Below, piece by piece: positions 20,261-29,488 of a DNA stretch of 64,000 nucleotides. The DNA is from Longimicrobiales bacterium (lineage in GTDB: Bacteria > Gemmatimonadota > Gemmatimonadetes > Longimicrobiales > Gaopeijiaceae). A program made the translations under genes and the position numbers. The notes below the pieces were generated by a model, which did not search any database, was not told the origin of the DNA, and saw only the letters and a program-made list of their open reading frames with translations. The DNA is taken from the NCBI GenBank assembly GCA_965238005.1, contig OZ250165.1, positions 1,152,001-1,216,000 of the forward strand, in the 5' to 3' direction. Numbering within the stretch: the stretch's first letter is position 1; each line of letters begins with the position of its first letter.

Positions 20261-20293
20261 AAGAGCCTCGCCCTTCGGGGCGGGGCTCTTTGT
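20261..20293 (+). terminator. Intrinsic terminator
   Basis: AAGAGCCTCGCCC-TTCG-GGGCGGGGCTCTT-TGT. Confidence 0.8.
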
Positions 20294-20466
20294 CGTGCGG
20301 GTCACCTGTGGGCGCACGTCGGGCTCAGCCGTCGGCCGGGCCCTCCAGCCCTCGGGGCGCCTCCCGGAAATCCGAGTCAGCGGAAGAGGAAGGCCGGGGG
20401 CGTGCAATCTCCGCTTCAATCCCCTATAAAACAGAGGTCATCTCCACCCCGCTCTGCGAGGCAATC

Positions 20467-22809
20467 ATGCGTACAGCTCCCACGTTACCGCACGCTGCGG
20501 TACTTTCGTCTTTTGTGTCGGCTTTCGCGGCCGCCTTCATGACCGTCACGGCGGCGTTCGAGCCTGCCACTGCTCAGACGTCCGCCGACCTACGACCCAT
20601 GACCTTCCTCGACGCCCAGACGATGGCGCGCGGGGGCTCCTGGACTCCAAGTCCGGACGGCCGGTGGATGCTCTACACCGTCACGACAACTGATTGGCAG
20701 GAGGCCGAGCAACAATCCGACATACACCTGGTCTCCATGCAAGAGGGTCTCGCTTCAAGCCGGCAGATGACCTACACCGACGACAAGAACGAGAGCTCGC
20801 CGACGTGGTCGAGGGACGGCAGCTTCTTCGTGTTCGCGTCGGATAGGGACAGGGACCGAGACCGGGACCGGGACAGGGACCGGGACGGGGACGGGGACCA
20901 ACTCTACATGATGCGCCCCGACGGTGGCGAGGCCCAACGCATCACCGACGAGGACGAAGGGGTCTCCGACTTCATGTTCAGTGACGACGGCCGTTGGCTC
21001 GTTTACAGGAGCGGCAAGTCGGGACAGGAACACCTCTATCGCCTGCCGGTGGACGGGATCCTGGACGCCGAGGCCGAGCAGCTCACGGACGGGGAGGCGG
21101 GGGTCGAGGAGTGGGAGTGGTCCCCGGACAGCCGTCGCATCTATTTCGCCAGGCCCGACTCCCGGGAGGAGGACGACGAGCTCCGCCGCGAGGAGGGGTT
21201 CACCGTGGACATCAAGAACATGGTGACGCCGCTGTCCAACCTGTGGGCGCTCGACCTGGAGCCCCGGGACGCCCGGCAGCTCACGAATGATCCAAGGGTC
21301 AGCGTGGGCAGCTTCGACGTCTCCGACGACGGACAGTGGGTCACCTTCAGCGGTGGATCCGCGGAGCGGTACGAGCGCAACATCACTGGGGCGCGGCTGT
21401 ACGCCGACCAGTTCCTCCTCGAGACCGCCACGGGCCACATCGAGCGCCTCACGAACAACTACGAGGTGGGTGAGAGCGCGGCGAGCATCTCACAGGACGG
21501 CCGCTGGATCGCCTTCTCCGCGCCCGATGACATGACGCGCTACACCATGACCGAGGACCGTGTGTATGTCCGTGAGGTGGCCGATCGAGGCGGCCCATTC
21601 CGGAAGCTCGGCGAGGTCTTCGACGGAGGCCTTAGGGTGGGGTTCTGGTCCGACGACGGGAACACGATCTACTTCAACGCGGGCGTCCGTGTCACCACGC
21701 AGCTTCACGCGCTCGACGTGAGGAGTGGTGATGTGAGGCAGATCACCGAGGAGCGGGCGGCCCTGAGCATCAGCCGGGACGACGACTCGGGTGCCATCCT
21801 CATCAGCTATTCGGATCCGAAGACTCCTCCCACCGTCTTCACGGTGCAGAGCGTCGATGATGTGACGGATCGCTCGGAGTGGACACAGCTCGTCGACGTG
21901 GCTCCACAGGTGCGCGAGATGGCACTGGGCGAAGAGGTCGAGGTCAACTGGCGGTCCACCGACGGCAAGAGGGTCGGCGGCATTCTGGTGAAGCCGGTGG
22001 GATATCGAGAAGGGCAGCGCTACCCTCTCATCGTGGCGATTCACGGTGGCCCCGCGTCGGCGGACGTTCTTCGGTTCAACGGTGGGTACAGCGCCCAGGT
22101 GTACGCCGGCGCCGGATATGCCGTGCTCAAGCCGAACTATCGGGGATCCCGCAACTACGGCAACGCTCACCGGACCGACATCGTCGGCGACTACTTCACC
22201 CTGGGGTTCGACGACATCATGACCGGGGTGGACTACCTCATCGACGAGGGGATTGTCGACGGCGACCGCATGGGGGCGTTGGGATGGAGCGCCGGGGGTC
22301 ACTGGTCCAATTGGATCCTCACCCACACGGACCGATTCAAGGCCATCAGCTCCGGGGCCGGGACCATGAACTGGATCTCCATGTACGCCCAGAGCGATGT
22401 CCAGAGGAACCGGCAGTTCTACATCGGCGACGACTTCCTGTACGAGAACTTCGATCCATATTGGAATCAATCGCCCCTCAAGTACATCGCCAACGCCAAG
22501 ACCCCGACGATGGTCCACGTGGTAGAGGGCGACCCGCGCGTCCCGAGCCCACAGTCGGTGGAGCTACACATGGCCCTGAAGAAGCTCGGCGTGCCCACGG
22601 AGCTCTTCATGTATCCGGGTCGTACCCACGGCATCCGCGAGCCACGCAACCGTTTAGTAAAGGCCGTGAGCGAGATGGCTTGGATGGACCACTACGTGCG
22701 GGGAATCGGAGACAAGTTCGAGTGGCAGGACGTTTTGAAGACGTTGAAGGAGAAGAAAGAGAAGCCGAAGGCGACCACGGACGGAGAGCCTGAGATGGAC
22801 CGTCGGTGA
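20467..22809 (+). CDS. S9 family peptidase (dipeptidyl/acylaminoacyl peptidase)
   Basis: Signal peptide, TolB-like propeller repeats, IHGGP, NYRGS, GWSAGG nucleophile, DPRVP and THG. Confidence 0.92.
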   Translation: MRTAPTLPHAAVLSSFVSAFAAAFMTVTAAFEPATAQTSADLRPMTFLDAQTMARGGSWTPSPDGRWMLYTVTTTDWQEAEQQSDIHLVSMQEGLASSRQMTYTDDKNESSPTWSRDGSFFVFASDRDRDRDRDRDRDRDGDGDQLYMMRPDGGEAQRITDEDEGVSDFMFSDDGRWLVYRSGKSGQEHLYRLPVDGILDAEAEQLTDGEAGVEEWEWSPDSRRIYFARPDSREEDDELRREEGFTVDIKNMVTPLSNLWALDLEPRDARQLTNDPRVSVGSFDVSDDGQWVTFSGGSAERYERNITGARLYADQFLLETATGHIERLTNNYEVGESAASISQDGRWIAFSAPDDMTRYTMTEDRVYVREVADRGGPFRKLGEVFDGGLRVGFWSDDGNTIYFNAGVRVTTQLHALDVRSGDVRQITEERAALSISRDDDSGAILISYSDPKTPPTVFTVQSVDDVTDRSEWTQLVDVAPQVREMALGEEVEVNWRSTDGKRVGGILVKPVGYREGQRYPLIVAIHGGPASADVLRFNGGYSAQVYAGAGYAVLKPNYRGSRNYGNAHRTDIVGDYFTLGFDDIMTGVDYLIDEGIVDGDRMGALGWSAGGHWSNWILTHTDRFKAISSGAGTMNWISMYAQSDVQRNRQFYIGDDFLYENFDPYWNQSPLKYIANAKTPTMVHVVEGDPRVPSPQSVELHMALKKLGVPTELFMYPGRTHGIREPRNRLVKAVSEMAWMDHYVRGIGDKFEWQDVLKTLKEKKEKPKATTDGEPEMDRR
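20842..20898 (+). repeat. In-frame hexanucleotide repeat encoding (DR)7(DG)2D
   Basis: GATAGG GACAGG GACCGA GACCGG GACCGG GACAGG GACCGG GACGGG GACGGG GAC. Confidence 0.85.
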
Positions 22810-23012
22810 GTCGTAGTCAGTCGGTGAGGCGAAGTCCCTCGGTGAGCCCACGAGGGGCACACATGGCTCGACGGTGTGGCGTGCTCCTAGGCGTTGCCCG
22901 TGTGAGGGTTGCCTTTCTGGGCGTTGCCTTCGTGGGCATGGCCTTCCTGACAGGGTGTGGTGGGGAGGCCGCAGAGGAGCTGGCCGATCCACGGCTCCAG
23001 AATCCGCTATGA
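22806..23012 (+). pseudogene. Truncated lipoprotein (signal peptide plus about 17 aa)
   Basis: GTGA overlap with the S9 stop; hydrophobic core and LTGC lipobox, then an early stop. Confidence 0.45.
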
Positions 23013-23163
23013 CTTACGATGAAATATAAGGGGGTGTTCGAGGGCCTCTTAGGAGGCTCTGGAAGGCCCGAAACAGGGCCTGCAGGTGAAAGAAGTCCAG
23101 TCGATCGGGCGAGAGACGGCAGAGGGGGCTCTCGCGGCTTGCGTGGCTCATGATCACTCCTCG

Positions 23164-23425
23164 CTACCAGCTCACATACTTGTACATCAGCCGAATCAAC
23201 TTGTACGCCTCGGTCATATCACGCGCATCGTATTCCACCGAGGTCCCGTCCACACGGCGCATCCCGGGGATGGCCTGGAGAATGTCTGCCCGGGTCGTCG
23301 AGGCGAAGCGCATGCGAATGTTGATCGGCTCGTTGACATGGAGCGGGGTGGCGCTGTCGAGGTGGGCGAGGGCCTCGAGGGTCGCATCCCGTAGGCGGCT
23401 CCGCACCACCTCCGGGTGGGCGAGG
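23164..23425 (-). pseudogene. C-terminal fragment of an M55 D-aminopeptidase (DppA-like)
   Basis: IPGMRRVDGTSVEYDARDMTEAYKLIRLM resembles the DppA C-terminus; catalytic N-terminus absent. Confidence 0.55.
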
Positions 23426-23427
23426 CG

Positions 23428-23752
23428 GACGGGGAGCAGCACCGTATCCCGGAGCCACCACTCGGACGAAGACGGAGACCGCAGCTACGAGATGTCCGGT
23501 ACGTCGGTCATCACCGACATCGTTCACGCCGTTCCCCGCGAAGAGAATCCATACCCGCTGTCCGGGACCATCACCCGGGACGTGACCGTGGTCATCGTCA
23601 ACGGGCCCAACGGCGACGAGACGCGCACCAGGCACGTGGTCATCACCTTCAACGGTACGCAATTCGCTACCATGACCGTAGATGGCGAGTCATTCGAAGT
23701 CGACCTGTCGAACCGGAGCGGCCGTCATCCCTTCCGAAGGCGCGGAAGGTAG
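23428..23752 (+). pseudogene. C-terminal fragment of a beta-rich secreted protein
   Basis: YPLSGTITRDVTV...VVITFNGTQFATMTVDGESFEVDL has typical coding bias only from about 23428; own terminator follows. Confidence 0.55.
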
Positions 23753-23780
23753 CACTGGTTGTTCTTGCGTACCGCACCGG

Positions 23781-23807
23781 CGGGGGAGGGGAAACCCTCC
23801 CCCGTTT
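23781..23807 (+). terminator. Intrinsic terminator
   Basis: CGGGGGAGGG-GAAA-CCCTCCCCCG-TTT. Confidence 0.75.
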
Positions 23808-23960
23808 CAGGTTGAGGCGTTCTTCTTCCATCCGGGGTGGCACGCTTCTCTGACCCCATGTGGAAGCGCCTTTCAAAAGTAGGAGAGGCTCTGTAGCATC
23901 CAACATGGGCCTCCGCGTCACTACCACTCTCCTGATCGTCCTCCTGGACCCTGACGAGTC

Positions 23961-25130
23961 GTGCTCAATCGGCTTCTGAAGATCACCCTTGTGACAGGGT
24001 TGCTGGCGTTCATCGCGGTTGTCGTGGTGTCCGTGACGACCCGTCTCCCATTGGAAGCGCCATCGGCACGAGGGGCTCGGGAGTGGGTGGGTGCCATCCA
24101 TGTCCACACGGTGGCGTCGGACGGTGGTGGCACCTTGCGGGAGGTCGCTGCCGCCGCCCGGGTGACCGGACTCGACTTTCTCACCATCACGGACCACAAC
24201 GTCTGGGCCATGCCGGCACCCGCGTACATGGACGGGCGACTCATGGTGCTCGGGGAGGAGGCGAGAGTGCCCTCTGGGCACATCCTCGTAATCGGCGGCG
24301 ACGACCCCGAGGCGAGGAGGGCCCGCCGCGCTGAGGCGGAGGCGCGGGGCTCGCCGTTGGGGTCCTCGGTCCCGGCGGGTGCGGGCCTCCGCATCGTGGC
24401 GCACCCTGAAGGGCCGGGCGAGCCTTGGCGGGATTGGGACCCCTCCGGCTTCGACGCCCTCGAGATCTGGAACTGGGATACGGAGCTCCGTGACGACGGC
24501 CTGGACGATTGGCCCAGGGCCCTCCTCCTTCTGCCGGCGGAGCCGGTCTCCGCCATGCTCGAGCTCGTGGACCGGCCGACGGCCACCCTCGAGCGCTGGG
24601 ACCGCCTGCTGTCGGAGGGACACCGGGTGCCGGGTGTCTGCTCGGTGGATGCCCATTCCAAGGTCCCCGTGACCGAGGAGCTGGCCCTGCCGTTTCCCGC
24701 CTACCGGGACCTCTTCAGCCTTGCTCGCCAACATGTGCTTCTAGGGGCCGAGCCCACGGGGGATGCGGTCCACGATGCAGCACTCGTGACGGAGGCGCTG
24801 CGCTTCGGTCGCGGCTTCTGCGCCCTGGACGGCATTGCCGACGCTTCGGGCTTCTCGGCCGAAGCCGTGAGCCTGGATGAGTCGGTAACGTTCGGCGGAG
24901 AGCTCCTCTGGGAGGCCGGGGCCGTTCGGATCACCGCCTCGCTTCCCGACATCTCCGTACACACCATCGTGAGGCTCTATCGGGATGGATCGTTGGTGTC
25001 GGAGGGGCGGGGTCCCACCTACGACTCCGAGGCCTTGGCCGCGCCCGGGGTGTACCGCCTAGAGATCTACGTCGAGCTGAGACGGGGGCAGGTTCCCTGG
25101 ATCTTCACGAACCCGATCTGGGTGCGATGA
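23961..25130 (+). CDS. PHP-domain metallohydrolase, membrane-anchored
   Basis: IHVHTVASDG, ITDHN, AHP, LEIWN, DAH and WIFTNPIWV. Confidence 0.82.
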   Translation: MLNRLLKITLVTGLLAFIAVVVVSVTTRLPLEAPSARGAREWVGAIHVHTVASDGGGTLREVAAAARVTGLDFLTITDHNVWAMPAPAYMDGRLMVLGEEARVPSGHILVIGGDDPEARRARRAEAEARGSPLGSSVPAGAGLRIVAHPEGPGEPWRDWDPSGFDALEIWNWDTELRDDGLDDWPRALLLLPAEPVSAMLELVDRPTATLERWDRLLSEGHRVPGVCSVDAHSKVPVTEELALPFPAYRDLFSLARQHVLLGAEPTGDAVHDAALVTEALRFGRGFCALDGIADASGFSAEAVSLDESVTFGGELLWEAGAVRITASLPDISVHTIVRLYRDGSLVSEGRGPTYDSEALAAPGVYRLEIYVELRRGQVPWIFTNPIWVR

Positions 25131-25145
25131 CCGCCCCCCCTAACC

Positions 25146-25955
25146 CTACCCCTCGAACCTCAACGTCCCCGGGGCCGGCGAACGCTCCGGATTCCAGAAG
25201 TCCTCGGGCAGCTCCCTGATCGGGGAGTCGCCCAGGGCGCTCTCGTTGTAGAGCCAAACGGCCTGCACGAGCGTCCGGAGGAATCTGCCTCGCACGGCAG
25301 ACGTGCGTGAGATGGAGTAGTCCTCGGCCTCGATCTCGTCGGGAAAGAGCTCCCGGCCGACTCTGAGCTGCTCGCCCAGGGTCTCGACGTGGGAGAGGAA
25401 TGGATCGTCCCGGATCTCGTCCAGGACCTCGATGAAGTGGGCGTTCAGGTGGACGCCGTAGAGGTCGAGGATCCCGCTGATCTGGTCCCTGGCGCGGGCG
25501 ATGACTCGGGCGGCCGACTCGGCCCAGGTCTCGTCGCTCCAGGCGTAGCGCACGTGGGTGAGGTCAAAGTGGTCGATGGCGGCGGACCACTCGGACGAGA
25601 ACAGCTCCTCGTAGGTGTGCGGGGGGTGGCTAGGGAGCCGCTCCAGACACCCACGGACGATCTCGGTCCAGAGGTCCGACAGATCACGCAGCGGGTCCTC
25701 GGCCCTCCGCACCCCTCCCCGTGACGCTCTGGCGCGCTCCTCCATGGCCCGCCGGTCCAGGATGCGGTGGACGAATACGAGAGTGAGAAGGATGCCCAAG
25801 ACCTCGGTGGCGAGTCCGGGCGCGAAATCCCGAATGAAGCCGGTCTCCCGGCCCCAGAGAAGATGGGCGATCACCACCAGGGCCACGATCACCGCCAGCG
25901 TCGTGTAGATCGCTCTCACCCGTTCTCCTTCCCGTATCGTTCCTGTATCCTTCAA
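25146..25955 (-). CDS. Hypothetical protein with two N-terminal TM helices
   Basis: 269-aa ORF with coding-like bias; start uncertain. Confidence 0.6.
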   Translation of the reverse strand: MKDTGTIREGERVRAIYTTLAVIVALVVIAHLLWGRETGFIRDFAPGLATEVLGILLTLVFVHRILDRRAMEERARASRGGVRRAEDPLRDLSDLWTEIVRGCLERLPSHPPHTYEELFSSEWSAAIDHFDLTHVRYAWSDETWAESAARVIARARDQISGILDLYGVHLNAHFIEVLDEIRDDPFLSHVETLGEQLRVGRELFPDEIEAEDYSISRTSAVRGRFLRTLVQAVWLYNESALGDSPIRELPEDFWNPERSPAPGTLRFEG

Positions 25956-26210
25956 CGCTCCGGCCGCCGCCCTCGAAAGGCCACGGCCACCTGCGGACTG
26001 GAGGATTCTTGGCGGGGAAGCTGCACACGCCCACGACGTCAGACAACCCCGAACTCGTGACTTTCCCGAATGGCTTGCTTACATTGTCGGCGCCGATTGC
26101 TTACAATGTTGTATTCATGCAGTATGGTTGCGGATCGCGAGGAGCTTCTCCGAGCGATGTGACGGGAATCGGGAGGGGGACAACGCGGAGCGGGGTAGGG
26201 GCGGTATGAG

Positions 26211-26660
26211 CTACCTATCCGGCCGCACGCAGTCGGGATCCACGAAGTCTAGGAGCACCGCCTCGACGGCTCGAACCTCTGCCGGGCCTGTGGACGAGGG
26301 CCGCCGCCGGTCGTAGAGGAAGCGCCGGACCAGGGCGGCGTCGGCGCCCATCCTGGCCGCCTCTCCTCCGAGCTTCGCCCGGATCCCGGCGAGCAGCTCG
26401 CCGTAGGAGGCGTCGTCCTCGTCAGTCGAGAGGACGAACGGCCCTCGGACCGTCACCATACCCAAGGCCTCGAAGGGGCACGGCACCCGCTCGTCAGGCA
26501 TAATCACCTGAACCCTTGCGGGCCGGCTGCCCTCGTCCCCCGCCTCCCCCGCGAGACCTGTTTCCCTGACTGGCACGGCACCGCTGCCTACCCCTCCAAC
26601 AGCACAGGCGGGAAGGAGGAGGAGGCACGCAAGCGCCAGGGAGCACAGGAGCCTCGACAC
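26211..26660 (-). CDS. Hypothetical lipoprotein (YbjQ-like features)
   Basis: LLLPAC lipobox; CPFEALGMV and AARMGADA. Confidence 0.55.
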   Translation of the reverse strand: MSRLLCSLALACLLLLPACAVGGVGSGAVPVRETGLAGEAGDEGSRPARVQVIMPDERVPCPFEALGMVTVRGPFVLSTDEDDASYGELLAGIRAKLGGEAARMGADAALVRRFLYDRRRPSSTGPAEVRAVEAVLLDFVDPDCVRPDR

Positions 26661-26664
26661 GTCG

Positions 26665-26701
26665 CTAGTGTCCCGTTACCAAAGTGTCTCGGCCACACTA
26701 G
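26665..26701. repeat. 37-bp mini inverted-repeat element, possibly an internally deleted MITE
   Basis: CTAGTGT...ACACTAG ends; left end TAGTGTCCCGTTACCAAAGT resembles the IR of the 11846 element. Confidence 0.4.
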
Positions 26702-27144
26702 TTCTTCGCAAAGACCGCCACCACGTAGCGGACGTTGTTGTTCCAGATCAGGCCGGAGACGTGGCCGGCCGACTCGAACTCCACGAGTCCTTGGGCATCC
26801 ACGCGCATGCGATCGGCCTTGAATCGCCGGACCTCGCCGTCATGGGTCTTCACCTCGAACTCGGTTTCAGCCCGGTCCAGGTCCTGAACCATGTAGAGCA
26901 GCTGGTATCCGTTGAAGACGGCCACGGTCTGGGCGTTTGACTCGAGGGTCACCATCCCGTTCGTGTGCCTGGACACCCGCTCGGCTCGAACCTCGAACGG
27001 CGCGTCCTCACCCTGAACCCGGATGAGGTACGTGTGGAGCCCCATGTCTGAGATCTGGGCGTGGACGAACGGGGCGCTCATCATGAGCGACAACGTGGCG
27101 GCCAGGCCGATGAGCAGCTGTGGGAGGATTGAGGAACGACGCAT
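26698..27144 (-). CDS. Secreted hypothetical protein with a two-fold internal repeat
   Basis: Signal peptide (VHA-Q); FEVRAERVSRHTNGMVTLES versus RRFKADRMRVDAQGLVEFES. Confidence 0.65.
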   Translation of the reverse strand: MRRSSILPQLLIGLAATLSLMMSAPFVHAQISDMGLHTYLIRVQGEDAPFEVRAERVSRHTNGMVTLESNAQTVAVFNGYQLLYMVQDLDRAETEFEVKTHDGEVRRFKADRMRVDAQGLVEFESAGHVSGLIWNNNVRYVVAVFAKN

Positions 27145-27229
27145 GATGCCCTCCGCGTTCAGTGGCGAGCAGTAGAGACCTCACTTCTCTCTGACGCATG
27201 AGGCGTGCCAACATGCACAGGTCGGAGGG

Positions 27230-27679
27230 TCAGCCGGCCTTGGATCCCTCCGCCTCGGCCTCCTTTTCGGGAGGCGGGCGTAGGACCCCTTCGATGGCCC
27301 CGGCCAGATCCTCGTAGCCGTCGGGCTTCACGAGGTAGTCTCGGACGCCGAGCTCGCGGGCGCGCCTCTCCACGTTCTTGTCCATGCACGCCGTGAAGAC
27401 CACGACGGGAATCGACGAGAGCTCTTCGTGCTCCTGGAGCCACTCGAGGATCTCCAGACCGGTGCCGTCGAGGAGCCAGTGATCGAGGACGATGAGACCC
27501 GGTAGGGGGTGCCGTCGCTTATCGTCGAAGGGCCATTCGCCGTTCAGGTAGGCACACGCCTCAGCCACGCTGGCCGTGACGAACACGGGACTGTCGAGGC
27601 CGCGAAAATCCAGAAGGGCCTGAATCAGCGTGGCGTGCTCATGGTTGTCCTCGATGAGGAGAACCAGTTCCGTGGCCAA
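27230..27679 (-). CDS. Single-domain response regulator (receiver)
   Basis: LLIEDN, LIVLD, IPVVVFT and YLVKP. Confidence 0.88.
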   Translation of the reverse strand: MATELVLLIEDNHEHATLIQALLDFRGLDSPVFVTASVAEACAYLNGEWPFDDKRRHPLPGLIVLDHWLLDGTGLEILEWLQEHEELSSIPVVVFTACMDKNVERRARELGVRDYLVKPDGYEDLAGAIEGVLRPPPEKEAEAEGSKAG

Positions 27680-27765
27680 GGCTCACACTCCTGGTGAGGA
27701 ATGGGCACAAAGACAAATCGATTTTCGGTGGGGGAGCTACTCTTCAACGTTACCACCGGTGCTTC

Positions 27766-28130
27766 TTAGTTGCCACCTTTCTTTACACCCGGCTCTTTTC
27801 GGCCGAGACCGCCCGCTCGGTCGGCCCGGATTCCGCCCTTGGGGAGGCAGAGGTGGAGCTTCATTCCTTCATGGGTCGCCTTGAAGCGCAACTTCTCGTA
27901 GAAGCGCTTGGCCGCGGCCCTCGTCTTGTCCGTCGTGAGCTGTACCAGGTGGCAACCGCGCTCCCGAGCCCGGTTCATGGCCCACTCCATCAAGGCCTGT
28001 CCGACCCCGTGTCCCCGGCTGCCCGCAGCCACGCGCACCCCTTCGATAAGCGCCCGGCGTCCCCATTCATAGGAGAGATACGGGATGATGGTGAGCTGCA
28101 GGACGCCGACGACCGCACCGTGGTGCCCCC
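27766..28130 (-). pseudogene. GNAT acetyltransferase lacking its N-terminus
   Basis: VGVLQLT, IEGVRV, RGHGVG, CHLVQLTTDK, RFYEKL and HEGMKL; no native start; run-on C-terminus. Confidence 0.65.
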
Positions 28131-28200
28131 CGGGCGTCGTGTGCTCGAGGGCGCGCCGAGTAGTGTCGGAGCACATGGGCGAGTCTCCTGTTGAGCGGCC

Positions 28201-28238
28201 AGAAAGAAGGGGCCGCCCCATGAATCGGAGCGGCCCCT
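28201..28238 (-). terminator. Intrinsic terminator of csp copy 1
   Basis: Minus strand AGGGGCCGCTCC-GATTCAT-GGGGCGGCCCCT-TCTTTCT. Confidence 0.78.
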
Positions 28239-28260
28239 GAAGCCGATAGCTCAGATACGG

Positions 28261-28473
28261 TTAGGTGACTCGTACGACGTTCTCCGCGGCTGGTCCCTTC
28301 TGCCCCTCAACGACCTCGAATTCGACGATGTCGCCCTCGTTGAGGGTTTTGAAGCCCTCGGCCTGAATGGCGGAATGGTGGACAAAGCAGTCTTTGCTGT
28401 TGTCCTCGGGCGTGATGAAGCCGAAGCCCTTCTGATCGTTGAACCACTTCACTGTCCCTCTGGTACGCATCAT
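28261..28473 (-). CDS. csp: Cold-shock protein (copy 1)
   Basis: GTVKWFN, KGFGFI (RNP1), FVHHS (RNP2) and [16 protein letters not shown]. Confidence 0.95.
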   Translation of the reverse strand: MMRTRGTVKWFNDQKGFGFITPEDNSKDCFVHHSAIQAEGFKTLNEGDIVEFEVVEGQKGPAAENVVRVT

Positions 28474-28487
28474 CCTGCTCCTTTGGT

Positions 28488-28566
28488 GGTCACTGTCGGA
28501 GTCCGGATGAACCGCACCTTCCGACTACATGACTCGCGCGGTAACTCCCCCACGCTGGGCCGTGAC
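28488..28566 (-). ncRNA. Candidate structured cis-regulatory 5' leader of csp copy 1
   Basis: 31-nt core 28495-28525 is 30/31 identical to 30850-30880; GTCGGA/TCCGAC stem. Confidence 0.55.
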
Positions 28567-28669
28567 GGGTAGCGACACGGAGAAAGTCCTCAACGCTCGG
28601 TCGAGGGTGATCGAACGGTGCGTGCCTCCGGGCCCCCGGTCAAGGTTTTTATGCGGAGCCCCCCAACGC

Positions 28670-28962
28670 CTCTTGTGGCGGTGGCGGCCCAGGTGATCCG
28701 GGAGGTCGCTGAACAGCGCGACCGCGCTCACCAGGCCGGAAAACGTCTACCGACCTTGACCCTCCAGGCGGACGTCCGCTTCGCCTCATCCGAGAAGCAG
28801 CACGCCTTCGCCACCGAGCTCTCGCAGGAGGTGGCGCGGCTGATTGCCAAGTACCACGACGAAGATGAACCCGACGGTCGGCGTTTGCGTGTCATGGCCG
28901 GTGCCTACCCTGCCCCGCTGGAAGATGCGACCGGGTGCGATCCCCGGGAGGAGGATTCATGA
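28670..28962 (+). pseudogene. C-terminal part of an ArsR/HTH-type regulator
   Basis: AGKRLPTLTLQADVRFAS...AFATELSQEVARLIAKYHDE; HTH absent; ATGA-coupled to an SRPBCC gene. Confidence 0.6.
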
Positions 28963-29090
28963 GCACGCAGGAAGCGTTCGAAGGTCGGCAGGACCAGGAG
29001 ACCCGTGCGGTCGAGCGAGAGATCGACGCACCGCTGGCTGCCGTATGGAAGGCCCTCACCGACGCCGAGGAGCTCACAAGGTGGTTGTAG
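28959..29090 (+). pseudogene. N-terminal fragment of an SRPBCC/AHSA1 family protein
   Basis: VEREIDAPLAAVWKALTDAEELTRW then stop; GGAGGA RBS. Confidence 0.7.
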
Positions 29091-29160
29091 ATCGGAGCCG
29101 ACCTCGGGCCAACCCCGATCGTCGAGGCGGACCCCGGCCCTGCACGCCTCGGTGAACCTC

Positions 29161-29488
29161 CTACTTCCCCCGGCGAATGGCTTGAATCATCCGGTCGAGG
29201 GCCTGAAGGAACTGGGAGCGGTCTCGCTTCTGGAAGGGAGGAGGCCCTCCCGTCATCTCCCCCATGCCCCGGAGGTGGGACATGAGCTCCCGGGTAGCCA
29301 GGGCGGCACCGATGGAATCCTCCGTGAAGGGGCGTCCCCGGGGACCGAGCACCCCAACCCCTTCTTCAGGCACTCCGAGGCAAGGGGGATGTCCGTTTGA
29401 TCCTGTACCGCTGGGCCACCCGGTAGACCTCCTCCTTCACCGGGCAGGCGTCGGCATCCACGAAGATCCCGGGTAGGTACTCGTTCAC
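29161..29488 (-). pseudogene. yaiI: YaiI/YqxD family gene with internal deletion and frameshifts
   Basis: [30 protein letters not shown] and [19 protein letters not shown] lie in three different frames. Confidence 0.78.

Noticed and set aside
23008..23085. AT-richer patch after the truncated lipoprotein as an att or IS end
   Set aside because: No partner repeat, target duplication or recombinase found in the window
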